From NCBI RefSeq assembly GCF_050920415.1, contig NZ_CP169309.1: a stretch of 64,000 nucleotides of DNA, one strand, 5' to 3'. Positions 44,167 through 56,100 of the stretch are shown here, one piece after another. The translations under genes were made by a program, and so were the position numbers. Position 1 is the stretch's first letter, and every line of letters starts with the position of its first letter. The stretch is from Escherichia coli (GTDB lineage Bacteria; Pseudomonadota; Gammaproteobacteria; Enterobacterales; Enterobacteriaceae). The notes beneath the pieces are model-generated. The model made no database searches. It saw only the letters and a list, made by a program, of their open reading frames with translations, and was not told the origin of the DNA.

Positions 44167-44862
44167 TCAGCAATCCTCAATAATCAGATACACCGCTTTC
44201 ACCGGACCATGAACCCCGACGACTTTGATAAGCTCAATGTCCGCCGTTGAACTAGGACCACTGATGATGTTAATACATGACGGCATTCGTTCACCGGCCT
44301 GCGCTTTCTGATGCAATTTTTCTGCGAGTTGCGCTACACGCGGCAGGATTGTGCTTTTACGCAGGATAAAAAGAGAAGATTCCGGGAGCAGGCTCAATGA
44401 ACGCCCGCGCCCGGCGGCGGAAAAAAGAACCACGCCACCCGATTCGGTTAAACCATATTCAGCATATACGACGCCCACTTTAGCCTGCTCTGCTTGTGAT
44501 ATGTTCTCAATACCTTTCGCCGGATCCCAAACAACGGCATTGCATTCCTGCTGCAAACGTTCGCTAATCCCCAATTCCTCCAGCCTCGTGTCACCGCTAA
44601 TCACGACCGACTGCTCTCCCAGCTCTTTACACAGACATATTGCAGCTTCTGCGGCCTGCGCCTCGCTGGTCAGTTCACAGCGCGTCAACATAACATCGCT
44701 GGCAAACTGGATAAACGCGTCACAGCGCTGCTGTTGGTTAAGTTCGGTAAGCCGCTCGTTAGCATAGTTGTTAAGCGGCGCATCTTCTGCTTGCGGTTCA
44801 AGTCGCTGCGGGCGACCCAGTGCCTGAGCAACGTTACTCAAAAATTCGCTCCGATTATCCAT
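44167..44862 (-). CDS. ykgG: LutC-like protein YkgG, 231 aa
   Basis: Track ORF 44167..45015; start set at MDNRSEFLSNV… to give an 8-nt overlap with ykgF; last gene of ykgEFG (lutABC-type). Confidence 0.75.
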   Translation of the reverse strand: MDNRSEFLSNVAQALGRPQRLEPQAEDAPLNNYANERLTELNQQQRCDAFIQFASDVMLTRCELTSEAQAAEAAICLCKELGEQSVVISGDTRLEELGISERLQQECNAVVWDPAKGIENISQAEQAKVGVVYAEYGLTESGGVVLFSAAGRGRSLSLLPESSLFILRKSTILPRVAQLAEKLHQKAQAGERMPSCINIISGPSSTADIELIKVVGVHGPVKAVYLIIEDC

Positions 44863-46282
44863 TCTTTTTCTCCTGCGCCTGATGTTTCTTAAACCAACTA
44901 CGGAAACTCTCTCCGTCAGCTTCAGGAAGATCGCGTGCTTCCATCCAGTCGCTAATCGCGCCAAATTTGAGTGGTGTTTTGCCGCCATTGATAAACCAGC
45001 TTGCCGCATGAGCACCAGCCATCATCCCGACTTTCCACAATCCTGGATGACTATTGGCATACGCGAACATTTTTATCGCCCGTTGCTCTGCTTTTGCGGT
45101 GATCCCTTTTTCAGCCATCACCCGACGATGACGCAAAATCAGTTTTGACAGCGGAATACGCACCGGACACACGCTGTCACAAGCTGTGCATAAAGAGCAG
45201 GCGTAGGGTAAATCTTTAAAATCTTTATAGCCGCCAAGTAACGGGGAAATCACCGCACCAATTGGCCCTGGATAAATAGAGCCATATCCATGACCGCCAA
45301 TATGGCGATATGCCGGACAAGTATTCATACAAGCCCCGCAGCGAATACAGCGCAGCACATCCCGAAATTCAGAAGCCAGCACCTCAGAACGCCCGTTATC
45401 GACAATAACCAGATGAAACTCTTCAGGACCATCAACGTGCCCCGCTTCGCGCGGTCCTGTCAGCCAGGTGTTGTATCCCGTCAAACGTGCACCAACGGCA
45501 CTGCGCGCCAGCATGGTGATCAATACATCTACCTCGGCAAACGTGGGGGCAATACGCTCCATTCCCATCACTGCAATATGCGTTTTAGGCAGCGTGGTAC
45601 ACATTCGCGCATTACCTTCATTGGTCACCAGGCATACCGAACCGGTCTCTGCCACCGCGAAATTACAGCCGGTAATACCTATTTCAGCACTGAGGAAATC
45701 TTCGCGGATTTTTTGCCGAATGAATAAGGTCATCGCTTCAGGCGTTTCCGGCCCCTCATAACCCAGACGTTCGTGTAGCACTCGACGGATCTGATGGCGA
45801 TCTTTATGAATTGCCGGGACCACAACATGAGAGGGCGGATCTTGATCCAGCTGGAGAATGTATTCACCCAGATCGGTTTCAATCACCTGAATGCCTGCAT
45901 CCTGCAACACATGATTGACACCAATCTCTTCGGTCACCATCGATTTAGATTTCACCACCTTCCGGGCATTTTTGCGTTGGGCGACCTGTAAAATGTAGCG
46001 GGTGGCGTCTTCTTTAGTTTTTGCAAAATAGACGTGACCGCCGTTTTGCGTCACTTTTTCAGAGAGCTGGTACAGATAAGCGTCGAGATTACTCAGAACA
46101 TGATCACGTATCTGGGCGGCCCGGTCGCGCCACTCCTCCCAGTGCCCTAATTCATCGACCATTTTTTGCCGATTTGCCCCAATACGCTGCTGCGCGTTTG
46201 CCACCGCTTTGCGCATGATCGGATCTTCAATTTGCTGACGGATGCGTGTCTTAAAATCTGTATTACTGGTTTTGATCGACAT
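44855..46282 (-). CDS. ykgF: LutB-like iron-sulfur protein YkgF, 475 aa
   Basis: Two 4Fe-4S ferredoxin-type Cys clusters (CIRCGACMNTCP, CSLCTACDSVCP) plus DUF162-like region. Confidence 0.85.
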   Translation of the reverse strand: MSIKTSNTDFKTRIRQQIEDPIMRKAVANAQQRIGANRQKMVDELGHWEEWRDRAAQIRDHVLSNLDAYLYQLSEKVTQNGGHVYFAKTKEDATRYILQVAQRKNARKVVKSKSMVTEEIGVNHVLQDAGIQVIETDLGEYILQLDQDPPSHVVVPAIHKDRHQIRRVLHERLGYEGPETPEAMTLFIRQKIREDFLSAEIGITGCNFAVAETGSVCLVTNEGNARMCTTLPKTHIAVMGMERIAPTFAEVDVLITMLARSAVGARLTGYNTWLTGPREAGHVDGPEEFHLVIVDNGRSEVLASEFRDVLRCIRCGACMNTCPAYRHIGGHGYGSIYPGPIGAVISPLLGGYKDFKDLPYACSLCTACDSVCPVRIPLSKLILRHRRVMAEKGITAKAEQRAIKMFAYANSHPGLWKVGMMAGAHAASWFINGGKTPLKFGAISDWMEARDLPEADGESFRSWFKKHQAQEKKNG

Positions 46283-46292
46283 CTTTATATCC

Positions 46293-47012
46293 TCAGCGGC
46301 TCATCAGCACTTCAGCAATATGCATCACTTTGACTTTCTGCCCTTCCCGTTGTAATCGTCCACTGATGTTCAGCAGGCAACTCACGTCAGCACCAATTAA
46401 ATACTCAGGGCGGACTTCCATCAGGTGCGAAACCTTTTCTTTCACCATCTCGCCGGATATTTCGGCCATTTTGACCGAGAACGTGCCGCCAAATCCGCAG
46501 CAGGTATCCTGTTCAGCAAAGGTCAACAGCTCCAGTCCACGCACATTTTTCAGCAGCGTAAGTGGCTCGTCCTTCACCCCCAGCTTACGGGCCAGGCTAC
46601 AAGATGGGTGATACACCGCTCTCCCTTGCAAACTGGCACCTACATCGACTACCCCTAATGTATTAACAATAAAAGAGGTGAGATCCTGCATACGCGCGGC
46701 AACCTTTTCGGCACGTGATGCCCATTCAGGCTCATCCGCCAGATACGTTGGGTAACTTTTTACGGCATAGGTACAGGAGCCAGCCGGTGAAATAATGGGA
46801 TCGTCGTTATCCTCCAGTGCGGCGATCAGATTTTTCATCCCTGGAATCGCTTCTTTGATATAACCACTATTGATCGCAGGCTGACCGCAGCATCCCTGTT
46901 TCTCCGGGAAATTTACGCGACAGCCGAGTTTTTCCAGTAGCAGCACGGAGTCTCGTGCCATTCTTGATTTCAGGGCGTCACCAATACAGGTGACAAAGAA
47001 ATTGACATTCAC
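46293..47012 (-). CDS. ykgE: LutA-like Cys-rich (CCG-domain) protein YkgE, 239 aa
   Basis: Cys-rich CCG motifs (…CCGQPAINSGY…, …CCGFGGTF…). Confidence 0.85.
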   Translation of the reverse strand: MNVNFFVTCIGDALKSRMARDSVLLLEKLGCRVNFPEKQGCCGQPAINSGYIKEAIPGMKNLIAALEDNDDPIISPAGSCTYAVKSYPTYLADEPEWASRAEKVAARMQDLTSFIVNTLGVVDVGASLQGRAVYHPSCSLARKLGVKDEPLTLLKNVRGLELLTFAEQDTCCGFGGTFSVKMAEISGEMVKEKVSHLMEVRPEYLIGADVSCLLNISGRLQREGQKVKVMHIAEVLMSR

Positions 47013-47529
47013 AACTAATACTCCATTACTTCATGCCCATTTATGCCCGATGGTTCCCCCCACAAGGGGATCAATCATCAATAAATATGGCGTTCTTTTT
47101 TAATTGGCTAGCAACATACCACCCCTCATTTGTATGACAAATGATAATCTTTCATCCAAACTTCAAATGCAATAACTAATTTTATTTCTTTCGGCATCGC
47201 TCACATTTTATAGGGAAATCGACGATCATTTTGGGCATAAGAAATTCATTTAAAAAGGCCACATCCCTTATACCTATTCAGAGCTACTTATTCAGGGGTT
47301 GTTGAGATATACAATGATGGTGTACTAACAAAATCACCGGCAATAATCAGGTATCAAGTAATAGTCGGCATTTTATTTAATTAAAGCAATTTAGTTTGCG
47401 TTTTTATTTACATACTGGGCCAGCATTCTTCAAAAAAACATATAAAACACAGTTGGAAATAGAAATAGTTGAAAGGCTCACAACACCCGGAATGCTGATT
47501 ATCTTTGCTCCGATTCCTGGCGGTTTTAT

Positions 47530-48384
47530 TCAGGGTGCAAGCTGTCTGACTCTTTCCCGATATTCTCCCGGGGTACAACCAAACTCGCGGACAAACGCCT
47601 TGTGAAAAGATGATTCACTGGCATAGCCTACTGACTCAGCAATCACCACAACAGGGAACGTTTCCCGGGAAAACATCTGGGCCGCTATTTGTAGACGCAA
47701 CTTTGTTAATACAGCCAGCGGCGTGGTTCCGGAAACATCACGGAAAAGCTGGGCAAAACTTGCCCGGGACATGTGGGCGATGCTGGCCAGCGATTCGACG
47801 GTCCAGGCGTATCCTGGCATTTCCAGCATTTGCTGTATTACCGCACCAAGACGTGGATGCAGAAGCAAACTGAGAATGTTTTTCTCTGTATTAACCTGTG
47901 CAATCCACTCACGCACCGCGAGGGTAAAGAATGTAGCGCAGATCTGGCTACACAGAGCATCCACTCCCGGCATTGCCGATCTCGATTCCTGTTGTAAAAA
48001 CGGGATCGCCTCCCTCAGCCAGTTATATTCCACGCTGTGGTTAACCGGTGCTACAAACAGCGTTTCCGGCAAAGACGTTAAAAAATAACGCGCCGAATGT
48101 TGCAGTCGAAGAGTGCCACAGACAATACAGGTCGATTCATTATCGACATGACTCAGGCGATGAGCTGAATTTTGTGGTAGCAGGACCACATTTCCCGGGC
48201 GTAATGTAAAAATCTCTCCCGTCGGCATTTCCAGCTTCGCCGCTCCTTGCGTTAACGCATGCCAACGAATAACCGACAATTCCCCGGCACCATGTGGAAG
48301 TTGCCAGTCACTTCCTAACACGCAATTCTTATCGATCGTTCCTTGTGGAGCGTTAAGCATCAACAAACGGCTAAGAGCATCCAT
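47530..48384 (-). CDS. rclR: AraC-family redox-sensing regulator RclR (YkgD), 284 aa
   Basis: C-terminal AraC HTH; divergent from rclA. Confidence 0.8.
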   Translation of the reverse strand: MDALSRLLMLNAPQGTIDKNCVLGSDWQLPHGAGELSVIRWHALTQGAAKLEMPTGEIFTLRPGNVVLLPQNSAHRLSHVDNESTCIVCGTLRLQHSARYFLTSLPETLFVAPVNHSVEYNWLREAIPFLQQESRSAMPGVDALCSQICATFFTLAVREWIAQVNTEKNILSLLLHPRLGAVIQQMLEMPGYAWTVESLASIAHMSRASFAQLFRDVSGTTPLAVLTKLRLQIAAQMFSRETFPVVVIAESVGYASESSFHKAFVREFGCTPGEYRERVRQLAP

Positions 48385-48609
48385 ACCAGACTCCTGAGTG
48401 GTTTTTGATTACAAACACCAACAATCTTAGACAATAATTAATCTAATACCATCAAATGGTTAATCATGATTTTTGTTTTGTGATTCTGATTAAGAAAAAG
48501 AAAATACCAGACGATAAGACAAAATATCAAGCGTTGTGAAGAAATGTTATTTGCTATTTTGCGTCTATAGTCATGATGTCAAATGAACGCGTTTCGACAG
48601 GAAATCATC

Positions 48610-49935
48610 ATGAATAAATATCAGGCAGTTATTATTGGTTTTGGCAAGGCTGGAAAAACATTAGCCGTCACGCTGGCAAAAGCAGGTTGGCGTGTGGCTC
48701 TCATCGAACAATCAAATGCAATGTATGGCGGGACCTGTATTAATATCGGCTGTATCCCAACCAAAACATTGGTTCATGACGCACAGCAGCACACAGATTT
48801 TGTCCGTGCCATACAGCGTAAAAATGAAGTGGTTAATTTTTTACGTAATAAGAATTATCATAATCTTGCGGATATGCCCAATATCGACGTGATCGACGGC
48901 CAGGCGGAGTTTATCAATAATCATAGCCTGCGTGTTCATCGGCCTGGGGGAAATCTGGAGATTCATGGCGAGAAAATTTTTATTAATACCGGTGCACAAG
49001 CCGTGGTTCCGCCAATTCCTGGAATTACCACCACGCCTGGTGTATATGACAGCACCGGATTACTTAATCTAAAAGAATTGCCTGGGCATTTAGGTATTTT
49101 GGGCGGCGGATATATTGGCGTTGAGTTCGCCTCTATGTTCGCTAATTTTGGCAGCAAAGTAACCATTTTAGAGGCAGCTTCGCTGTTTTTGCCTCGGGAA
49201 GATCGGGATATTGCTGATAATATCGCGACGATTTTACGCGATCAGGGCGTCGATATGATCCTCAATGCCCATGTGGAGCGAATCAGTCACCATCAAAATC
49301 AAGTGCAAGTGCATAGCGAGCACGCCCAACTGGCGGTGGATGCACTGTTAATAGCTTCCGGTCGTCAACCGGCTACCGCTTCGTTACATCCAGAAAATGC
49401 CGGTATCGCAGTAAACGAGCGCGGGGCAATTGTCGTTGACAAGCGATTACATACCACCGCAGACAATATTTGGGCGATGGGAGATGTTACCGGCGGGCTG
49501 CAATTTACTTACATATCACTGGATGATTACCGCATTGTGCGTGATGAGTTGCTGGGAGAAGGCAGACGTAGTACTGATGATCGGAAAAATGTGCCTTATT
49601 CCGTATTCATGACACCGCCCCTGTCCAAGGTTGGTATGACAGAAGAGCAAGCCAGAGAGAATGGTGCTGATATTCAGGTGGTGACATTGCCTGTAGCTGC
49701 AATTCCGCGCGCCAGAGTGATGAACGATACCCGTGGGGTATTAAAAGCAATTGTTGATAATAAAACCCAACGTATATTAGGGGCATCACTGCTGTGTGTT
49801 GACTCCCACGAGATGATCAATATAGTGAAAATGGTGATGGATGCCGGGCTGCCTTATAGCATATTACGCGATCAGATATTTACTCATCCGTCGATGAGCG
49901 AATCACTCAATGATCTATTTTCATTAGTCAAATAA
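48610..49935 (+). CDS. rclA: Pyridine-nucleotide-disulfide oxidoreductase RclA (YkgC), 441 aa
   Basis: FAD-binding GFGKAG motif and redox-active CINIGC disulfide motif; start set at MNKYQAVIIGFG…. Confidence 0.85.
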   Translation: MNKYQAVIIGFGKAGKTLAVTLAKAGWRVALIEQSNAMYGGTCINIGCIPTKTLVHDAQQHTDFVRAIQRKNEVVNFLRNKNYHNLADMPNIDVIDGQAEFINNHSLRVHRPGGNLEIHGEKIFINTGAQAVVPPIPGITTTPGVYDSTGLLNLKELPGHLGILGGGYIGVEFASMFANFGSKVTILEAASLFLPREDRDIADNIATILRDQGVDMILNAHVERISHHQNQVQVHSEHAQLAVDALLIASGRQPATASLHPENAGIAVNERGAIVVDKRLHTTADNIWAMGDVTGGLQFTYISLDDYRIVRDELLGEGRRSTDDRKNVPYSVFMTPPLSKVGMTEEQARENGADIQVVTLPVAAIPRARVMNDTRGVLKAIVDNKTQRILGASLLCVDSHEMINIVKMVMDAGLPYSILRDQIFTHPSMSESLNDLFSLVK

Positions 49936-50043
49936 ACTCAAAATCAGACGCCAGGACAAATATTCTGGCGTCTCAGAGAAAAGAATCTTATTAATTCCTT
50001 GTTATTATATAACTTCTTAATCACTTCATTGATGGTATTTTAT

Positions 50044-50280
50044 ATGTTTAAAAAACCTGTTTTATTTGCAACACTATTATCTGGCGTTATGGCATTTTCC
50101 ACCAATGCAGATGATAAAATAATTCTGAAACATATCAGCGTCTCGTCAGTATCAGCATCACCGACAGTTCTGGAGGATGCCATTGCTGATATAGCCAGAA
50201 AATATAATGCTTCATCCTGGAAAGTCACATCGATGCGAATTGATAATAATTCAACCGCAACAGCAGTATTGTATAAATAA
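50044..50280 (+). CDS. rclB: DUF1471 periplasmic protein RclB (YkgI), 78 aa
   Basis: Signal peptide MFKKPVLFATLLSGVMAFSTNA followed by a DUF1471-like domain; start set at the internal Met. Confidence 0.75.
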   Translation: MFKKPVLFATLLSGVMAFSTNADDKIILKHISVSSVSASPTVLEDAIADIARKYNASSWKVTSMRIDNNSTATAVLYK

Positions 50281-50291
50281 GGATGTTCACA

Positions 50292-50885
50292 ATGGAAAAA
50301 TACCTGCACCTGTTAAGTCGGGGAGATAAAATTGGCCTGACATTGATTCGCCTGAGTATTGCGATTGTTTTTATGTGGATTGGGTTATTAAAGTTTGTCC
50401 CTTACGAGGCAGACAGCATTACACCATTCGTCGCAAACAGTCCACTAATGTCGTTCTTTTATGAACACCCGGAAGACTATAAACAGTATCTGACTCACGA
50501 AGGCGAATACAAACCAGAAGCAAGGGCATGGCAATCGGCCAATAATACCTATGGTTTTTCCAACGGTCTTGGCGTCGTGGAGGTGATTATTGCTCTGCTG
50601 GTTTTGGCTAATCCTGTCAATCGCTGGTTAGGTTTATTGGGAGGGCTGATGGCATTTACCACACCGTTGGTAACACTCTCATTTTTAATCACCACCCCGG
50701 AGGCATGGGTACCCGCATTGGGTGACGCTCATCATGGTTTCCCTTATTTATCTGGTGCTGGTCGCCTGGTATTGAAAGATACTCTGATGCTGGCAGGTGC
50801 TGTCATGATAATGGCAGATTCGGCGCGGGATATTCTTAAACAACGCAGTAATGAATCCAGTTCAACGTTAAAAACTGAATATTGA
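50292..50885 (+). CDS. rclC: DUF417 inner-membrane protein RclC (YkgB), 197 aa
   Basis: Polytopic membrane protein immediately downstream of rclB; start set at MEKYLHLL…. Confidence 0.8.
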   Translation: MEKYLHLLSRGDKIGLTLIRLSIAIVFMWIGLLKFVPYEADSITPFVANSPLMSFFYEHPEDYKQYLTHEGEYKPEARAWQSANNTYGFSNGLGVVEVIIALLVLANPVNRWLGLLGGLMAFTTPLVTLSFLITTPEAWVPALGDAHHGFPYLSGAGRLVLKDTLMLAGAVMIMADSARDILKQRSNESSSTLKTEY

Positions 50886-51044
50886 TAATCCGAACACTGT
50901 CTGTTGTTCACTTTTTCAGGCGTCAGGCTCCCTTTCTGATGATGAAGCCTGACGCCATATTACCGGAGATATGACAGAGTGAAGATCAATATCACTCCCC
51001 TGTTAAAAGATTCTTGTCGTCTCAGGTAAAATAAGTGATTAATA

Positions 51045-51929
51045 TCAATCATGTATTTTTACAGCAAGACAACCACGAACAAACTTAGGATTAAAATGTT
51101 TTACCGATTCCCCAACATAACCCAAATCAAGCGAACTAATTTGCGCCATTTCTTTCTCTGTCAGTGAGAAATCCCAAATAGCAAAATTTTCTTCGATACG
51201 CTGTTGATGTGTCGATTTCGGAATAACGACCACTCCCCGTTGAATATTCCAACGCAGAATGACCTGAGAAATCGATTTTTGATGGGCATCTGCAATATTC
51301 TGAAGCAGACTATTTTCAAAGGGTTTATGTCTTCCACCGCCTAACGGAGCCCATGCTTCAGGCTGCACGTTATAATACTTCATGGTTGCCAGCGCCTCTG
51401 GTTGGGCAAAATAGGGATGCAACTCGACCTGGTTGACCATCGGTTTAACTCTTACCGTTTCACAAAAGTTTGCCAGAACATGAGGGTAGAAATTGGAAAC
51501 CCCAATCGCTTTTAATTTGCCCTCTTCATAGGCATCTTCGAGTGCACGCCACGCACTGAAATAATCGCGCATAGCCTGGTGCAATAAATAGAGGTCGAAG
51601 TATTCTAGTCCCGATTTTTTTAATGACGCTTCAATACCTGCTTTTGCCGTATCCTGATTCAACATATCCTGTACCCACAATTTAGACGTTATAAATAACT
51701 CATCTCGGGTACATAAACCTTCAGATATAGCTTCACGAACGGCTTCACCGACGGCATCTTCATTACCGTATACCGCTGCAGTGTCGATGAGTCGATAACC
51801 CGTGCGGATAGCATTCAACACTGACTGTTTGCACACGTCTTTATCGGTAACCTGAAAAACACCAAATCCCATCATCGGCATTTTCAGATTGTTACTTAAT
51901 ACGGAAAATTCCACTGTCAGTCCCTCCAT
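51045..51929 (-). CDS. Aldo-keto reductase (NADPH-dependent oxidoreductase)
   Basis: AKR family signatures (…MPMMGFGVFQV…, …LIDTAAVYGNE…, …IPKSTHQQRIEENF…); exact start uncertain, longest ORF given; may correspond to the K-12 ykgQ remnant. Confidence 0.75.
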   Translation of the reverse strand: MEGLTVEFSVLSNNLKMPMMGFGVFQVTDKDVCKQSVLNAIRTGYRLIDTAAVYGNEDAVGEAVREAISEGLCTRDELFITSKLWVQDMLNQDTAKAGIEASLKKSGLEYFDLYLLHQAMRDYFSAWRALEDAYEEGKLKAIGVSNFYPHVLANFCETVRVKPMVNQVELHPYFAQPEALATMKYYNVQPEAWAPLGGGRHKPFENSLLQNIADAHQKSISQVILRWNIQRGVVVIPKSTHQQRIEENFAIWDFSLTEKEMAQISSLDLGYVGESVKHFNPKFVRGCLAVKIHD

Positions 51930-52161
51930 TAGGTATGAACAATGAGTCTACGTTAAAACGTAACCTCAAATTAGTATGTGGATTTTGATATCACTTATGC
52001 AAAAAATTCATTAATAATGTAGGACTGAAACCTCTCTATTTTTGGGGCAATGAAGCAGACGCTATCAGTGCTTTTGCCTTGGGACTTGCTGTTTTTGATA
52101 CACTTAGGGCCCAGGACATAACGAAAATGTGCGATATGACAAAGAATTAACGGTGAATGTG

Positions 52162-53019
52162 ATGATCAGGCAGAAGATTCTACAGCAGCTCCTGGAGTGG
52201 ATTGAGTGCAATCTTGAGCACCCTATTTCAATCGAAGATATCGCACAGAAATCTGGCTACAGCAGGCGCAACATCCAGCTTCTGTTCCGAAATTTCATGC
52301 ATGTGCCTTTAGGAGAATACATTCGCAAACGAAGGCTTTGTCGCGCCGCCATTCTTGTCCGGCTCACCGCGAAATCTATGCTTGATATTGCACTCTCTTT
52401 GCATTTTGATTCACAGCAGTCATTCAGCCGCGAATTTAAAAAGTTATTCGGCTGCTCTCCCCGTGAATACCGCCACCGTGATTATTGGGATCTCGAAAAT
52501 ATCTTCCCTTCTTTTTTAATACGTCAACAGCAAAAGACGGAGTGTAGATTAGTCAACTTTCCTGAGACACCTATTTTTGGCAATTCATTTAAATATGATA
52601 TTGAAGTGTCGAATAAATCACCGGATGAAGAAGTCGAACTGCGACTTCATCATTTAGCCAGATGTATGAAGAATTTTAAGACGGATATCTATTTCGTCTC
52701 CACGTTTAAACCGTCAACAAAATCGGTCGATTTGCTGACAGTTGAAACTTTTGCCGGTACGGTATGTAAACAAACCGATTCAGAGATGCCGAAAGAGTGG
52801 ATAATTAACCGAGGACTGTATGCCTCTTTCCGCTATGAAGGTGAGTGGGAGCACTACCCTGAATGGGCGCGAAACCTCTATCTGATGGAATTACCTGCCA
52901 GGGGGTTAGCCAGAGTGAACGGCAGTGATATTGAGCGATTTTATTACAATGAAGATTTCGTAGAAAAGGATAGCAATGATGTTGTTTGCGAAATATTTAT
53001 CCCTGTTCGTCCGGTTTAG
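52162..53019 (+). CDS. ykgA: Rob-like AraC-family regulator with C-terminal GyrI-like effector domain (YkgA), intact
   Basis: N-terminal MarA/Rob-type double HTH (…ILQQLLEWIECNLEHPISIEDIAQKSGYSRRNIQLLFRNF…); start set at MIRQKILQ…. Confidence 0.7.
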   Translation: MIRQKILQQLLEWIECNLEHPISIEDIAQKSGYSRRNIQLLFRNFMHVPLGEYIRKRRLCRAAILVRLTAKSMLDIALSLHFDSQQSFSREFKKLFGCSPREYRHRDYWDLENIFPSFLIRQQQKTECRLVNFPETPIFGNSFKYDIEVSNKSPDEEVELRLHHLARCMKNFKTDIYFVSTFKPSTKSVDLLTVETFAGTVCKQTDSEMPKEWIINRGLYASFRYEGEWEHYPEWARNLYLMELPARGLARVNGSDIERFYYNEDFVEKDSNDVVCEIFIPVRPV

Positions 53020-53139
53020 TTATCGCTATGTCTAAATGAATTTATAACAAGACTACTGTCAGGCAATTCAATAAATAATGGCGTTGAAGATGTCAACGCC
53101 ATTATTGTTTATTAGAATGTTACTTTCATACTCTTAATA

Positions 53140-56100
53140 TTATTTCATCGCCTCCTCGCCCGTTGCCGTATTGGCATCCACCGCGGTAATGGTCACCGTC
53201 ACTGGCTTCATTTCGTACCCGCCATAAGTCAGGGCGTTAAATGTGAACGTATAGACACCAGGCTTGCTGGTACTAAATGTACGCGTGATTTTTCCGCTCA
53301 CGAAATGGTCATTTTTCGACGGCAGGAACTGATAATCCTTCTCCGTCACCCCTTCCGGCGTCTGAATGTCAACCCACATATTCCCCCCAACAGGGTTGTT
53401 TGCCGACATCAGGGTAACCTTCAGCGTTGCGGTCGATTCCCCATCTGCCACCAGAGATTCCATATCAGATGTTGCGGTGAGTACCGCATTTTTATCATCC
53501 GCCACGAAACTGGATTCAGCCGTTTTCGTTGATACCTGACCGTTGTCCTGACTCACTTGCGCCGTAAGTGTATATTTCGCTGCAACAGTCGTGGTGGCGG
53601 TGAAAATAGCCTGCCCTTGCTCATTCGTTGTCGCTGTGCCATTCGGTTCCAGGTTTAACGAAGCCGGGCTGGCGGTCAGCGTCACTTCGCTATCTTTCAA
53701 CAAATTGTTATTGGCATCAGTCACCGTAACTTTATACGTCTGTTTGGCTTTGCCATCCGCCACTGCACGGTTGCCAATCACCTCAATACTGGAGATGGTC
53801 GCCGTAGTCTTATCCGCCACAAACGTAATGCTCTTCGCGTCTGAAGGCTGGTTATTTCCTGCTGAAGCCGTGATCTCATACGTTCCGGCAGTCACTGAAA
53901 CCACCTGCAACTCTGCTTTCCCTTCATCGTTGGCTTTCACCCAGACATTATCACCTGTAAGTGGCTTGACGCCCCGAGGCAGATTAAAGGTCACCAGAGT
54001 TCCTGGAACAGGGTTACCGTTTTTATCCTCAACGGTCGCCGTCAGCGTAAAGGCATCTTTGCCGTTTGCCACTTTTTGAGCGGCAGTGTCAACCTGCAGG
54101 TTTGCCTGACCGGTGCTGGCGTCTGCGTTGAATTTCACCGTGACCGTCTTCTGAGAGTTTTTCACCGCGGCCGCGATTTCAAGTTCCCCTGCAACGGTTG
54201 ATATCAACTCAATATCCGCTTTACCTGCCGCATTGGTTGTTACTGTATTCCCCGTCTTGCTAGTCACACCCTGCGGTAAAGTCAGCGTAACTTCTTGCCC
54301 CTGCAACGGGTTACCATAGCTGTCCACGACGGTCAGGGTTACCTGGTTAGCAGACTGTCCATTTGCCAGTTGGTTATTCACCTTCACCGCCATATCACTG
54401 ATCACTGCCCGGGAAGCGTCGCCTGCAACATTCAGCATCAGTGGCTGAGCAACGGCATTTTGGCCGTTCACGCGTGGCATGACAGACAACTGACCTGCAG
54501 CCGATCCCAGCGTTAAGGTCGCCACGTAGACCCCATTACTTTGCTCTGTCCAGCTTCCAGCTGAAGGTCGCTCTGATCCCGTGCTGGCGGCACCGCTAAA
54601 CACGGGTGCATCTGGCTTCAGCCCGGTGACCGGGTTCCCGTACGCATCCTTCACGGTGAAGGTGAGTTCCGTCGTCGTTTTGACGACCGGAGCCTTATTG
54701 TCCGCAACAAGCGTAGAGTTCGCTGATGACATCTCCCCGGCAATAACAGTCAGCTGCGCGGCTTCGGTGGCTGCTGGCTGGCCGTTGAAGAGCGGCATGA
54801 CACGAAGCTCGCCCGTCTTTCCGCCTGTAGTTAACGTAGCAACATAGGAACCGTCACCTTTTTCGGTCCAACTGGAAACGGTCGCCCCTTCAGAGGCGGT
54901 CCCCGTCAAACTTGCCGACAACGAAAGACCACTAATAGCGTTGCCATGCGCATCTTTTGCAATAAGCGTCACGGTTGTGCTTTCGCCTGCTTTTACGCGA
55001 TCTGCGGCTACAGACACTGTCGACTGGCCTGAAGATAACGCATCAGCCACCACGGTCACTTTAGCCGCATTCGCTGCCGCGTCCTGCCCATTGAGCTTCG
55101 GCATAACCTCTAATTCACCCGCCGTAGAGCCGAGAGTAATTTGCGCAGTCCACGTCCCATCACCATTATTTGTCCAGCCAGATGCCGTAGAACCAGCAGC
55201 TGCTGCGCCCGATAATGACGGTGCATCCGGATTGAGGCCAGTTACAGGGTTGTCATTAGCATCTTTTGCCGTCCAGATTGCCGTAACTGTACCGCCAACC
55301 ACCGGTTTATCAGGATTCAGGGTGATGGACGAATGTGCTGCATCAAGCGGCCCGGCAACAAACTTCAGCGTTTGTTGTAACGTGCCCAGCTGATACTGCT
55401 CGCTGAAGGCACGCACAACAACGTTTCCGGCACGGGTCGAAGAAACCGTGGCGCTGTAAACCCCTGGTTTTATTTCCGAAATGGCACCAACGGTTACACC
55501 ATTAGTGTCTTGCGGAACAAGTCGCAGGCGGCTGGCTTCTCCCGTCACCGGATTACCCTCGGAGTCCACCGCTGTCAGTGTCAGCGTGTAGGCTTGCTGA
55601 CCATCAGCAACCACATCACCTGACGGCTCGTTAGCGCTCAGGGTGGAGTTTGCCACATCCATCATCGTGGCCCGCAGTTCTGCAGTGACAGTTTTGCTCA
55701 TGTCATCAACGCTAACAGTAATCGTTACCTCACCTGACTGCGTTCCGGTAGTAAAGACAGACTGATACACCCCTGCTTCAGTTTCGGTGAACTCACCCAG
55801 TGTGGGTTTTGCCTGTGATTTAGTGGCCTTCAGGGTACGAGTCACAATATTTCCAGCCGGTTTGAAGGTTAGTTCAGTCTTGATCTGATCTTTCATGCCC
55901 GTGACTGGCTGGCCCTCGGCGTCGCGCAGAGACAGCACCAGCGGCTTTTGCTCATTACCGTTAGCAAGCATTTGAATACTGCTCTGACCGTCAAGCGTTA
56001 ACGCCGTACGATCGGCGCTCATACCAGCTCCGCTAATAACCACTTCTGTCTGCACACGTTTCGAGGCATTGCCTTTGTTATCGTAGGCAACTGCTGAAAT